From Gemmatimonadota bacterium (GTDB lineage Bacteria > Latescibacterota > UBA2968 > UBA8231): a stretch of DNA of 64,000 bases. Below, one piece after another: positions 10,410 to 19,319 of this stretch. How positions within the stretch are numbered: the stretch's first letter is position 1; every line of letters begins with the position of its first letter. The stretch covers positions 22,751 through 86,750 of the forward strand of contig JAYOYH010000010.1 in NCBI GenBank assembly GCA_038153405.1. The letters run 5' to 3'. The notes beneath the pieces are model-generated. The model was not told the origin of the DNA. It ran no database searches and was given only the letters and a program-made list of their open reading frames with translations. The translations under genes and the position numbers were made by a program.

Positions 10410-13400
10410 TCAATATGCCACATTGACAATGCGCATCAGCTCGCTGTCGCCCTGATCGGCTTCAACGATGATGCGGCAAATATACATACCCGGAGGCACC
10501 AACGCCCCCGACGCGTCGAGCCCGTTCCAGCGGAACTCCTGCGCACCAACCATCCCGGCCATACCGCTTCCCTGTCCGCGCCCCACCAAGCGCCCACTAA
10601 GGTCGAATATCTCCACACCTAGCGGACGCTCTTCCAACACTTTGAGCAGGGCGAAACGCACGACGAGTTCGTCGTTTATGCCATCGCCGTTCGGCGTAAA
10701 TACAGCCGCCATATCAACGTCTTGAATGAGCGCATCACTCAGCGCCATTAGGCTGACGCGAGCCGTTGAGGATTCGACCAGTTCGGTAGCATCCTTTGAC
10801 GACGTATCAACGCGCTGAAAAACGCCCTCTTCGCCGTTGGACGAACGGACGAAACTGCCAAACTCAATGCCTTCGCGGAAGCTCTGGGATTCAAACTGCA
10901 CCTCGACAATGGCATGGCGTCCTCCCAACAAGTTTCCATTCACCGATTCGGGGAAGCGCACCCATAGCGAGTCGCTGCGCGTAGCCATAACCATGAGCGC
11001 CTCGCCCGCCTCGTTGCGAAAGGTGCCGTCGGCATCCCGACCATAAAACCGCGTGAAATCGGTCTGTACGGCAGTCGTCAGGGAGGCCGTAGGATCGATG
11101 AGAGAGGCCTGTTCAGATACGGATACCGTTCCGACCCGCACGCCTTTCAACTCGGCAGCGAGTGGAGTGACGATAAGAACTTCATTGAAGCCATCGCGCA
11201 CCGTCACGTCAGCCGGATCCGGTGCAGCCGCTCGAATAAAGTACGAGAAGCTCTGCTGCGAAAGGGGATCAACGCCCGTAGGCGCCACGTAATCGACGGG
11301 AAGCGAAAGGAGCTCCGTCACGGGACGGCCCTTACCCTCGTCCGTAAGCAGCGCTAGTTCGCCCGCTAGTTCTAACGACAGGGGCGGCGCCAAATCGACG
11401 CGCAGTTCGCGAACGCGGGCCGTCTTGAACGGTTCTTCGGAGGAAATATTAACGCGAATCTGCAAAAACTTGCGCGGGTTAGGCGAGGTTATCGTCGCCT
11501 CGTTGCGCCCGTTGGTCGGCGCATACGACTCGCTCCACTCGCTCCAGCCGACAAAGGCCAGTTCGCCTTCGCTGTCGTAGGAAGAGCGCGGCTCGCGGCG
11601 GAGTTTCTTTCCGTCTTCGTCTACCAATCCATCGCCGTCGTTGTCGATCAGGTCGATGGGATCTTCATCCGTCACGCCATCGCCGTCGTCGTCGACGCGA
11701 CTCTCGTGCCGTTTGTTGTCTGGCAAGGTCTGCCAGATATTCCATGCGGTCCACTCCAGCACCAGCGCATCGTAGACTTCCTTTGCAACCTCCTGCCGCT
11801 CTTGGGCTCCGGCAATTTCGACCACTTCGTAGTAGGTGAAGTTGGTATCGGTTTGATCGGACGTGCGCGTTTGCACCTGCAGGCGCACGTCGGGATGGTT
11901 CTCCAACGGCTCAATCCGCTCGACGGTTTGCCCGGTAACCGGGTCGGTGTCGCGAATAATCACATCGCCTCCCCAGGCAATCTGCGGCAGCGTTTTGCGA
12001 ATAAACTCCCCGCGCGCATCCGTCAGGGAGATCGGCGGCGAATAGGCCCAAACGCTAACGGGATACCCCTCCCCATAGAGTTGGATCTCGCCGAGGGTTG
12101 CCAGCGAACCATAGCGTCCCGACTGCTGCCCGGTCACGTCGATATCGCGCACCTGCAAAAAGCGGATTTTGCGCGGGGAAAACGTCTCGCGGAATATGCG
12201 CACGACTTGGTCGTGATTGTCCACGTGCTCGGCAGAAATAATGTTGTCCCACTTAAGCCCCTCTTCCAACTGGGGAAAATCGTCGCGCTGTTGCATGCTG
12301 AGCGGCTTGAGCAGCGTGCCGTCTGACACCAAGATATCCGGGCCTAGGAAAGCGCCTAAATGGCTCTGGTTGATGCGCTTGTTAACCACGGAGACGTTAT
12401 CCACCCAGAATACGGCACCCAAATCGTACCAGGCCGTTCCCTTAAGATAGATCGGAGACCACGTATTGGCCTGCCATTCGGAGTCGTAGAGCCCATCCGT
12501 GGCCAACTCGGGGGCTCCAAGGCCACCATTTTCATAGGAGGCGCCACCGCGCTTTTCCGGCTGCAGGGCGTAATTATCGCCCTTGGCCCACACCTGCACT
12601 TCGGAAATGCGCGGCACTTCACGGCTGTAATAGAGTATGGGACCGCGCTTGTCCTCCGACAGGGCTTCAAACTTAGCGCGAGCATTCAGGCCGTTTTCGT
12701 CGTCCTGCAGCTCCACGAGCAGGCCGCCCGCCGTCAGGCGCTGAAAGACCAGTGCACCTCTCTGTTCCGAGGGAAGTGCCTCGTACACCACCCGGCCCTC
12801 TTCCCCAGCCCCGAGGAACGCATCGCGCCACAAATCGGAATCGGTGACCTTAATGCGGATATACTGCAGAAACGTGCCGTCTATATCGGGCAGTCCATCC
12901 AAATCCCAGTCGGCGCGATCTAGCGGGCGGAGGGGAAAGGTCATCTGCACGTAGCGCCCGTCCGTGCCCGGCGTGGGGCGGAGCACGAGTTCGTTAACCT
13001 CTTCTCCTCCACCGCCCGAACACGAGGTGCCTCCGGCATAGCCTGCCGACTCATCGCGCACGCATTGAGCGATTTTTCCGGCGGCAAAGTTGGTCGCAAC
13101 CTGTCCGACGAGCGAGAAGTTCAGGCTGTTACCCAGTGGAAAGGGAAAGCGCTCGCCCATGGACGCAAAAACGGCAAATGATTTCAGTGGTTCACCGAGA
13201 AATTCTTCTCCTACCTGGCCAGCCGGAAAAATAACCGTGACGCTGTCGACGTAAACCAAACGCCCTAGGTCGATTTCCAATTCCCACTTGCGCAACCCAT
13301 CGACGGAAAACTCGTGCGTTTCGTCGAGGCGACGCTCGTAGTTGGAAGCAACGGAGGGTTCCCAGTAGGTCTCGAGATTGTCGTCAAGGATAGCTAAGGA

Positions 13401-13751
13401 CCGGGTGTTATTGGATAAACTGCTGGCCCCACCGCTGACCACATCGCCGCCAGCGCGCACCAAATCCTTATAGCTAAAGTTGGCTGCCGTAGGGCCGATG
13501 TTGATATTGCGCCGATAAAAGACCGGACGCATCCCCTCCGCATCGACCTGAAAGATGTCGGCGTCGGTAATGGGCACGTTAAGCGAACCGACGAGGTCGT
13601 TTTGATAGCTCCAATTGAGCCAATGCGAAGCCCTATCGACTCGAATCGAGTTGCCAAATAGCCTGTAGGCGTCACCGACCTGAGACAGTGCAGGGACTGC
13701 CAACAGGACTCCTAGCAACACAGCGTGGCACACAGTCATCCGATTTTTCAT
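10410..13751 (-). CDS. T9SS cargo protein (1113 aa) with two N-terminal discoidin (F5/8 type C)-like domains and a C-terminal T9SS sorting domain
   Basis: Signal peptide MKNRMTVCHAVLLGVLLAVPALSQ. ILDDNLETYWEP...ELEIDLGRLVYVDSVTVIF and ATDGLYDSEWQ...YDLGAVFWVDNVSVV match the discoidin pattern. An acidic DDDGDGVTDEDPIDLIDNDGDGLVDEDG calcium-binding-like stretch is present. The C-terminus FTPNGDGINDELVVRF....VNVAY has the gliding-motility/CHU_C-type T9SS CTD signature. Confidence 0.75.
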   Translation of the reverse strand: MKNRMTVCHAVLLGVLLAVPALSQVGDAYRLFGNSIRVDRASHWLNWSYQNDLVGSLNVPITDADIFQVDAEGMRPVFYRRNINIGPTAANFSYKDLVRAGGDVVSGGASSLSNNTRSLAILDDNLETYWEPSVASNYERRLDETHEFSVDGLRKWELEIDLGRLVYVDSVTVIFPAGQVGEEFLGEPLKSFAVFASMGERFPFPLGNSLNFSLVGQVATNFAAGKIAQCVRDESAGYAGGTSCSGGGGEEVNELVLRPTPGTDGRYVQMTFPLRPLDRADWDLDGLPDIDGTFLQYIRIKVTDSDLWRDAFLGAGEEGRVVYEALPSEQRGALVFQRLTAGGLLVELQDDENGLNARAKFEALSEDKRGPILYYSREVPRISEVQVWAKGDNYALQPEKRGGASYENGGLGAPELATDGLYDSEWQANTWSPIYLKGTAWYDLGAVFWVDNVSVVNKRINQSHLGAFLGPDILVSDGTLLKPLSMQQRDDFPQLEEGLKWDNIISAEHVDNHDQVVRIFRETFSPRKIRFLQVRDIDVTGQQSGRYGSLATLGEIQLYGEGYPVSVWAYSPPISLTDARGEFIRKTLPQIAWGGDVIIRDTDPVTGQTVERIEPLENHPDVRLQVQTRTSDQTDTNFTYYEVVEIAGAQERQEVAKEVYDALVLEWTAWNIWQTLPDNKRHESRVDDDGDGVTDEDPIDLIDNDGDGLVDEDGKKLRREPRSSYDSEGELAFVGWSEWSESYAPTNGRNEATITSPNPRKFLQIRVNISSEEPFKTARVRELRVDLAPPLSLELAGELALLTDEGKGRPVTELLSLPVDYVAPTGVDPLSQQSFSYFIRAAAPDPADVTVRDGFNEVLIVTPLAAELKGVRVGTVSVSEQASLIDPTASLTTAVQTDFTRFYGRDADGTFRNEAGEALMVMATRSDSLWVRFPESVNGNLLGGRHAIVEVQFESQSFREGIEFGSFVRSSNGEEGVFQRVDTSSKDATELVESSTARVSLMALSDALIQDVDMAAVFTPNGDGINDELVVRFALLKVLEERPLGVEIFDLSGRLVGRGQGSGMAGMVGAQEFRWNGLDASGALVPPGMYICRIIVEADQGDSELMRIVNVAY

Positions 13752-13808
13752 ACTCTATCCTCTTTGAGGAGCATTTCGCGCAGATCGTCGCAATGCGTTT
13801 CCCGCAGC

Positions 13809-16259
13809 TTAATAGGCGACGGAAATGAGTTTCGTTCTCGCCTCGCCCGCATCGTCCGCTTCCGTCGACAGCCGCAATATGTATAGTCCTGGCGGCACCA
13901 GGCTGCCCATGTCGTCCCTTCCATCCCACTGTTCTGAATAGCCACCTGAGTTCAGCAAGCGCTCGATGAGGCGCAGGCGGTTCCCATTCAGATCGTATAC
14001 CGCAAGCAGGACCGCGCGGGGCTCTAACAAGCGCTGGACGTCAAAGCGGACCTCTAACAGATCGTTGACCCCGTCGCCGTTCGGTGTAAAAGGGTTGGGA
14101 GTCGTTTCGAAGTTCGCAACTAAATTGCTCCCCTGCGCCGAGATATCGGCGATAACCGCAAGCGAGTTGCGGTCGGAAAGCTGCTCTGTAGCATCAAAAT
14201 CGATGACATCGCTGCCCTCGACCGGCTGCGGCAGAAAGAGAGCCAAGGTGTCGGCAGCTGCGCCCAACGTGAGGATTCCGTTATTGGTAAAGCGGCGATC
14301 GAAGCTCGATGCCAGCGTATCCAAGAACACGTTGGCCGCGAAGTTGGTGCGGAAGTCAATCACGCGCGCGCGGAAGTTGACTTTCACAACCGCCTCCCGA
14401 TCCAGCCCATCGTCACCGGGGGCAATCGTCGGAAATCCGATCACAAATTGCTCGTCATCAACGAATAGCGCGCTGAACTGATCATCATCGAAATCGGGGT
14501 TTTCGCTGGCAGACAACATGCGCACATCGCCGGCACCCATATCGATTGACACAGATTGAATGTTTTCGACGCGGGCAGGCGTGAAGACCTGCAGCCGATT
14601 GAAACCGTTGTTATTCGCTCCCAGGGACGCTCTAATCGCAATGGCGAAGGTCGTGTCTATACCAGCCTTGACGTCGACCGCGGGAGCGATCTCGCCGACC
14701 ACGGCGTCGGTGATCTGCGGCGCCGAGTATTCAAAGCGCAGGTTGCGCACAATCGTCGCCGACTCCGATGATAAACTTCTGAACTCAACATCGATCTGAA
14801 TAAAGGGCCTACCACTCGGCGAGTTGATGAGCTGGCCATTGGTCACCTGCTGCACGCCGCTCCAGTACTCGAGATCCGGCTCAATTTTCCTGCGCAAGTT
14901 GCCGGGCAGCGCCTGATATTCGGCGCGCGTCAGACGAACGGATTCGCGCTCGTCGGGCAGCAGCGCGCTGAATATTTCGCGAACTTCTAGGTTGAACTGT
15001 GGGTCGTTCAAGTCGATCTGCTCGCCGCGCGTCTTCGATCCGGCGCGACGGTCCACTACAATAGCGTTTTCCGGCTTCCACTCGACCTGACGCTCGAATT
15101 CGTTGACGCGAAACAGCACATCCGGCTCGGCATTAACACCCGTCTGAATGCGCACGATGGCACTCGACTTGGTCGGGTCACCGACCTTATCCTCTTCCCA
15201 AAAAATGCGACCAAGGGTCGACGGCGGCAGCGGCAAGGCGATAGAGCGATAGGTCGCCTGCGGCACAAAGCCGTCGGCAAAGAATTCCATCTCGCCCAAA
15301 TCATAGTCGAGTTCGGTCTGAAAGTCCATGCGCGCGTAGCGCATTTTGGCGGGCGGATCGAACGCCACCGCCACTGTGTCCTCGACGTTAACGGGCGCAC
15401 TCTGCTCGGGAACAAAAGTGGGAAACGTCGGGGCAATTTTGGTGAATATGGGAAAGGCCAACTGACCGACGGTCGGATCGTCCAAGCTCAAGCCGGCAAT
15501 GACTTTTTCCGTGCCGGCAATACCCCGATAGAACGTGTAGGCAGAAATGCGAACGGGCGCCTCCGGACTGGGATATACCCGCATGAGGCGAATGGGAAAA
15601 AAGCGTCCGAGGTCGACATACAGCGTCCAGACCTGCTTGACGTCCTGCCCAACGCGGTCGATGCGCTCAAAGTGGGTAAGCGGATCGCCGTCAAATACGC
15701 GGCCCAATCCCTCTTGGAGCCGCTGTAAGGTCAGCGCACGCTCAAAAATACCCAGTGTCGTGAGATTGAGACCCTTATTGTATTTGTCTCCTCCCGGCGG
15801 GCGCGGAAACGACTCCGCTACGTTAATCAGCGCAGCGACCGTATCCACGCCGGCTAGGCGCAGCATCTGCACGTCTTCCAGCGACCGAGGAAAGTCACCC
15901 CAGCGCGAAATGAGCACATCACCAGCGGCCACGGAGCGATCGCCGAGGGTGGCATCCAGCTGCGCTACGACTTCGGATCGGGCAACGTGTTGCGAAAATT
16001 CAAATAGAATGGAGTCAGCACCAGCGCTGCCCTCCTCAACCTGCGGGACAGGCACCATTTGCACCGGCTCGATCGGCGCAATCCCGTCGGGAACGCGTAG
16101 GAGATCGACGGCTTCGAGATAGCGCTGCTCGGAGATAGGTCCCTGTTTGGCATCAACCCAGGAGATATCTTGCGGAATGGAAAAGATCTTGAGTTCGGCA
16201 GGGCTTTCGCCCACCAGGCCCGCCAGCACTGCTACGGCGATACGCTTTGACCATCTCAT
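13809..16259 (-). CDS. T9SS cargo protein (about 816 aa) with C-terminal T9SS sorting domain; paralogous over its C-terminal half to the 1113-aa neighbour
   Basis: C-terminus FTPNGDGVNDLLEVRF...LISVAY. The preferred start is MRWSKRIAVAVLAGLVG at 16259 (signal-like, GGAGAG upstream) rather than the acidic MNEESDPESQG start at 16292. The region FIQIDVEFRSLSSESATIVRNLRF...IRA aligns with QIRVNISSEEPFKTARVRELRV...IRA of the downstream protein. Confidence 0.7.
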   Translation of the reverse strand: MRWSKRIAVAVLAGLVGESPAELKIFSIPQDISWVDAKQGPISEQRYLEAVDLLRVPDGIAPIEPVQMVPVPQVEEGSAGADSILFEFSQHVARSEVVAQLDATLGDRSVAAGDVLISRWGDFPRSLEDVQMLRLAGVDTVAALINVAESFPRPPGGDKYNKGLNLTTLGIFERALTLQRLQEGLGRVFDGDPLTHFERIDRVGQDVKQVWTLYVDLGRFFPIRLMRVYPSPEAPVRISAYTFYRGIAGTEKVIAGLSLDDPTVGQLAFPIFTKIAPTFPTFVPEQSAPVNVEDTVAVAFDPPAKMRYARMDFQTELDYDLGEMEFFADGFVPQATYRSIALPLPPSTLGRIFWEEDKVGDPTKSSAIVRIQTGVNAEPDVLFRVNEFERQVEWKPENAIVVDRRAGSKTRGEQIDLNDPQFNLEVREIFSALLPDERESVRLTRAEYQALPGNLRRKIEPDLEYWSGVQQVTNGQLINSPSGRPFIQIDVEFRSLSSESATIVRNLRFEYSAPQITDAVVGEIAPAVDVKAGIDTTFAIAIRASLGANNNGFNRLQVFTPARVENIQSVSIDMGAGDVRMLSASENPDFDDDQFSALFVDDEQFVIGFPTIAPGDDGLDREAVVKVNFRARVIDFRTNFAANVFLDTLASSFDRRFTNNGILTLGAAADTLALFLPQPVEGSDVIDFDATEQLSDRNSLAVIADISAQGSNLVANFETTPNPFTPNGDGVNDLLEVRFDVQRLLEPRAVLLAVYDLNGNRLRLIERLLNSGGYSEQWDGRDDMGSLVPPGLYILRLSTEADDAGEARTKLISVAY

Positions 16260-16349
16260 TCCTTGGCTCTCCGGGTCAGATTCCTCATTCAATACGCGAT
16301 AAAGGGCGAGATACTAAACGGCAGGAAGGTTAGAGCACGCGTTTGTCCT

Positions 16350-16393
16350 GAAAAACAGCGTTGAAGAGAGGGGGTTGCCCCCCTCTCTTCAAC
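16350..16393 (-). terminator. Intrinsic terminator downstream of the 330-aa secreted-protein gene
   Basis: The 14-15 bp G/C-rich perfect stem TTGAAGAGAGGGGG / CCCCCTCTCTTCAA has a 4-nt loop. On the minus strand it is followed by a T5 run (plus-strand AAAAA at 16351-16355). Confidence 0.7.
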
Positions 16394-16423
16394 GGGATAT
16401 CACAGCGCATTGCAGCGCTTAAA

Positions 16424-17329
16424 TTACTCGACCGAGGCCTTGATACGACCCCAAGAATCGCTCTCAACAGCCGTGCCACCACCACCGGCACCGACCAAGC
16501 GACCATCGACGAAACGCTCAGCGTAACGCCAGGTAGCGGCCTGACCGGACAGGGTGTGGAACGCGCGGTAGTTGGAGGGCTCGATGTCGAAGTCAGGCAC
16601 CGAAACCTGGAAGCCAATGATGCCACCGTCGACCAGGTTCGTGGCCTGGCTATCATCGGGGCTGTTCCAGATCAGGTCGTCAAACGGCGTGACGTAGAAC
16701 TCGAAGATCGAGGTCGTCGGACCCTCGCCAACCGAGCCACCGCCGCCATCGGCATAGGGCAGCGCGTTGACCCACTCGGCACCGGCGCCCTGATAACCGA
16801 CGTGGCGGCCATCGGGGGTGTCGGCAATAGCGACATACTGCTGAGCGGTGCGGTTGTTGTTCAACAGCTTCTCGTCGTCGGTCCAGTTCTCGTCAGCCGA
16901 ACCCGTGTAGTCACCACCGGTGTGGTCGCCGTCGAGCATGAACTCGATAGCGTCGTGACGCCAGAGCTGACCGAGGTCGCCACCAGCATACTCGTTGATG
17001 TACACGTTATCAACGCGCTCCATGGCCATGTAGATGGTGCTGGAGTTGCCGTTCCAGCCTACCCAAATGCGGTAGTCGAGGTCGGCCGGATCATACTGGG
17101 CACCTTCGCCCACGGTCGGATCCTGGTAGAAATCAGTCGTGACGAGCGGAGCATCGCCAACGACGTCTTCCCAGTCAGCAACGCTGATATCGCGAATATC
17201 GATATCAGACAAATCCGAATCGGGAATTTCGTAGATCAGGTAAACAGATTCGCCTATGTGGGCGCTTGCGGTACCGCTCATGCCGCCAACGAGGCCGGCA
17301 ACGATCAGAGAGAGTAGAGACTTTCTCAT
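16424..17329 (-). CDS. Secreted hypothetical protein (about 301 aa)
   Basis: The start is placed at the internal Met (MRKSLLSLIVAGLVGGMSGTASA, signal peptide) preceded by AAGGAG at 9-nt spacing. The ORF tool's longer 330-aa start would sit inside a terminator hairpin. The sequence is D/G/W-rich with no catalytic motif. Confidence 0.55.
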   Translation of the reverse strand: MRKSLLSLIVAGLVGGMSGTASAHIGESVYLIYEIPDSDLSDIDIRDISVADWEDVVGDAPLVTTDFYQDPTVGEGAQYDPADLDYRIWVGWNGNSSTIYMAMERVDNVYINEYAGGDLGQLWRHDAIEFMLDGDHTGGDYTGSADENWTDDEKLLNNNRTAQQYVAIADTPDGRHVGYQGAGAEWVNALPYADGGGGSVGEGPTTSIFEFYVTPFDDLIWNSPDDSQATNLVDGGIIGFQVSVPDFDIEPSNYRAFHTLSGQAATWRYAERFVDGRLVGAGGGGTAVESDSWGRIKASVE

Positions 17330-17416
17330 TTGTTTGGACTCCTTCCAAAAGATCTTTTGAATCACACTGTACTCATACGTAAAGAAGGCTTCTGCGGCAT
17401 CGATATGACACCGCAT

Positions 17417-17445
17417 GAAAACTGAAAATACCGAAGCATTTTCAG
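17417..17445 (-). terminator. Terminator/attenuator-like hairpin
   Basis: CTGAAAAT-ACCGAAGC-ATTTTCAG (8-bp stem) is followed on the minus strand by TTTTCA. It lies between a sigma70-like promoter and the start of the 16424..17329 gene. Confidence 0.4.
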
Positions 17446-17566
17446 GAAAATTTCAGTTCGCCATCACCTCCTTTCGCCGTGGAATGCGCAGAAAACAAAA
17501 TGCGACCATCGCCCTTCTCTAAAGAGAGAACGCGATGGGAATGCGTTAGATAAAAAATTTCACCTT

Positions 17567-17595
17567 ATGATATGTTAAAGTACAGCAGGTGTCAA
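17567..17595 (-). promoter_or_regulatory. Sigma70-like promoter on the minus strand
   Basis: The minus strand reads TTGACA - 17 nt - TATCAT (-35 at 17595..17590, -10 at 17572..17567). It sits in an AT-rich intergenic stretch. Confidence 0.35.
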
Positions 17596-17676
17596 GGCAA
17601 AACTGCCCTCGCCACACCCAGCCCTAAGGTAGTAGAAAATAATACGTTATGATTCGAATGGGGCAAATCAGTGCCT

Positions 17677-18534
17677 CTATTTATCTTCTTCCTGCTCATC
17701 CTGAGCCCGAAAGCGTATTTGTTTTACGTGGTGCATGCCAATGGAAAACGGGCCAGAAGGGGTCTTTCCCGTCAAGGCCGCATTGACGCGGTCGTAATAG
17801 CTCCTGTCGGTTTCCCCCGACAGGCGCACGGTGCTGGCATCGACAGTGCCCATCACCGTTCGCCCGTTCCAGTAGATGGCCGTGATGGGGCGAAACTCCT
17901 CGGCGGAGCCGCTGTCGTCGAAATCTATTTTGTCGACTTTGTCCAGGGGGATAAAACGCTTGTTGCGACCGCGAAAAAAGTCGAGGCGCAGCTTGCCGCG
18001 AAAGCGCAGGTCTTCCACTTCGAAGCGCTTGCCCTCCAACGTGATGACGGTAGCCTTTAATACGGGCTCCTCGACGACCTCCTCGCCTTCGGGGTGCTGC
18101 AGGATGATTTCCTGCACATCGCTGACCAAGATGAAGAACGGCCCCAGCGATGTGACGCCCGTAAAGCGCCGGCCGCTGCTGCCTCCTCCAACTGCGTCCT
18201 GGTGCGGAGCTGCCCCACCACCGGTCAACATGAGGCCCCTCTCTTTCTTTCCAGACCGCATCGACAGAGATACGGCCTGTTCCTCGTCTCTTCCCTCCCC
18301 TTCAAAGCGGATTCGATCGATCAGTACTAATTGCAGCATTCGCCGCTGATCGCCGATATAGACTTCGATTTCTTGACGTCCCTGATACGCAAAGCGCTCT
18401 ACCTTGTGCTGGTTACCATAGCGATCAATCACGATCGCCTGCGCGGCCCCTCCTTCGATAACGCCGCACAGAGTGAGCAATAGACCGAGCAACACTATCA
18501 GGTGACTACGAGCCTGTTCACGTGTAGATTTCAT
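17677..18534 (-). CDS. Secreted hypothetical protein (285 aa)
   Basis: Signal peptide MKSTREQARSHLIVLLGLLLTLCGVIEGGAAQA. No known motif. It is the last gene of a long same-strand operon. Confidence 0.5.
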   Translation of the reverse strand: MKSTREQARSHLIVLLGLLLTLCGVIEGGAAQAIVIDRYGNQHKVERFAYQGRQEIEVYIGDQRRMLQLVLIDRIRFEGEGRDEEQAVSLSMRSGKKERGLMLTGGGAAPHQDAVGGGSSGRRFTGVTSLGPFFILVSDVQEIILQHPEGEEVVEEPVLKATVITLEGKRFEVEDLRFRGKLRLDFFRGRNKRFIPLDKVDKIDFDDSGSAEEFRPITAIYWNGRTVMGTVDASTVRLSGETDRSYYDRVNAALTGKTPSGPFSIGMHHVKQIRFRAQDEQEEDK

Positions 18535-18558
18535 ACAGATCGCTCCGCGTTGAGTCTA

Positions 18559-19248
18559 TTATTGTTCGCCTTCGTCGGCCGCCCCTTCGCCGGGCTGTCC
18601 CGGAGTCGGCGGAGGTCCGATAATGATATTCTGCGTCTGGCCCATATTGACCTGCACCGGACGAATCTCATCGCTGCCGCTGCTGGACAAGTTTTCAATG
18701 CGCACTTTGTACTCGCCGGTCGGCACGATAAAATACCGCACTTCGGTCGACGTCATGCCGCGCCCTAGAACCGTGCGCAGATTGTAGTCATATATAAGAA
18801 AGGGCACCTGGCGACGCTCGCTGCCCTCAAAGAAGATGAGCTGAAAGCGCCCAATGGGAATGGTCGCATACACTTCCTGTCCCATATTGACCTGCACTTC
18901 CTTCTCCACGCTGTCCTCGACATCCGTATTGACCACGACCAAATAGGATCCCGGCGGCAGATCGACGTACTGGGGAAAGGCGCCATAACCCGTTTCGTAG
19001 CCGACGGGCGAACTAGCCGCAGAGCGCGGCGAATCGGCATACACCTCTTCGCCCGTATCGTTATCAATGACGTAGAAGTTGACCTCGTTGATTCCGCCCG
19101 CTTCCAACATGAGACGGCCCTTGCCCTCGGCAATCGGCGGTGGACCGTAGGCTGTGCCGCTACCGGTCGTGGCACAGCCTACCAACGCGACGAGCAGCGC
19201 AAAACAAGCGCAAAACCAAACCCTATTCCGCAACCATCCTGTAATCAT
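18559..19248 (-). CDS. Hypothetical lipoprotein (229 aa) with T/S/P-rich N-linker and P/G-rich acidic C-tail
   Basis: The start is adjusted to MITGWLRNRVWFCACFALLVALVGC (lipobox). The tool's longer ORF would overlap the upstream gene by more than 270 nt. The C-terminus reads GPPPTPGQPGEGAADEGEQ. Confidence 0.55.
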   Translation of the reverse strand: MITGWLRNRVWFCACFALLVALVGCATTGSGTAYGPPPIAEGKGRLMLEAGGINEVNFYVIDNDTGEEVYADSPRSAASSPVGYETGYGAFPQYVDLPPGSYLVVVNTDVEDSVEKEVQVNMGQEVYATIPIGRFQLIFFEGSERRQVPFLIYDYNLRTVLGRGMTSTEVRYFIVPTGEYKVRIENLSSSGSDEIRPVQVNMGQTQNIIIGPPPTPGQPGEGAADEGEQ

Positions 19249-19319
19249 TGTGCCTACCCTCCTCTGGCATTTGAGCCAATAGCCCGTTAAGCGGCCAGAC
19301 CGCAATGCCTTCATTGCTC

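Noticed and set aside
16361-17317. 318-aa plus-strand ORF antisense to the secreted-protein gene
   Set aside because: Composition is V/A/G/R-rich with no signal or motif, typical of the reverse strand of GC-rich genes. The minus-strand ORF has a signal peptide, an SD sequence, and a promoter and terminator in the right orientation.
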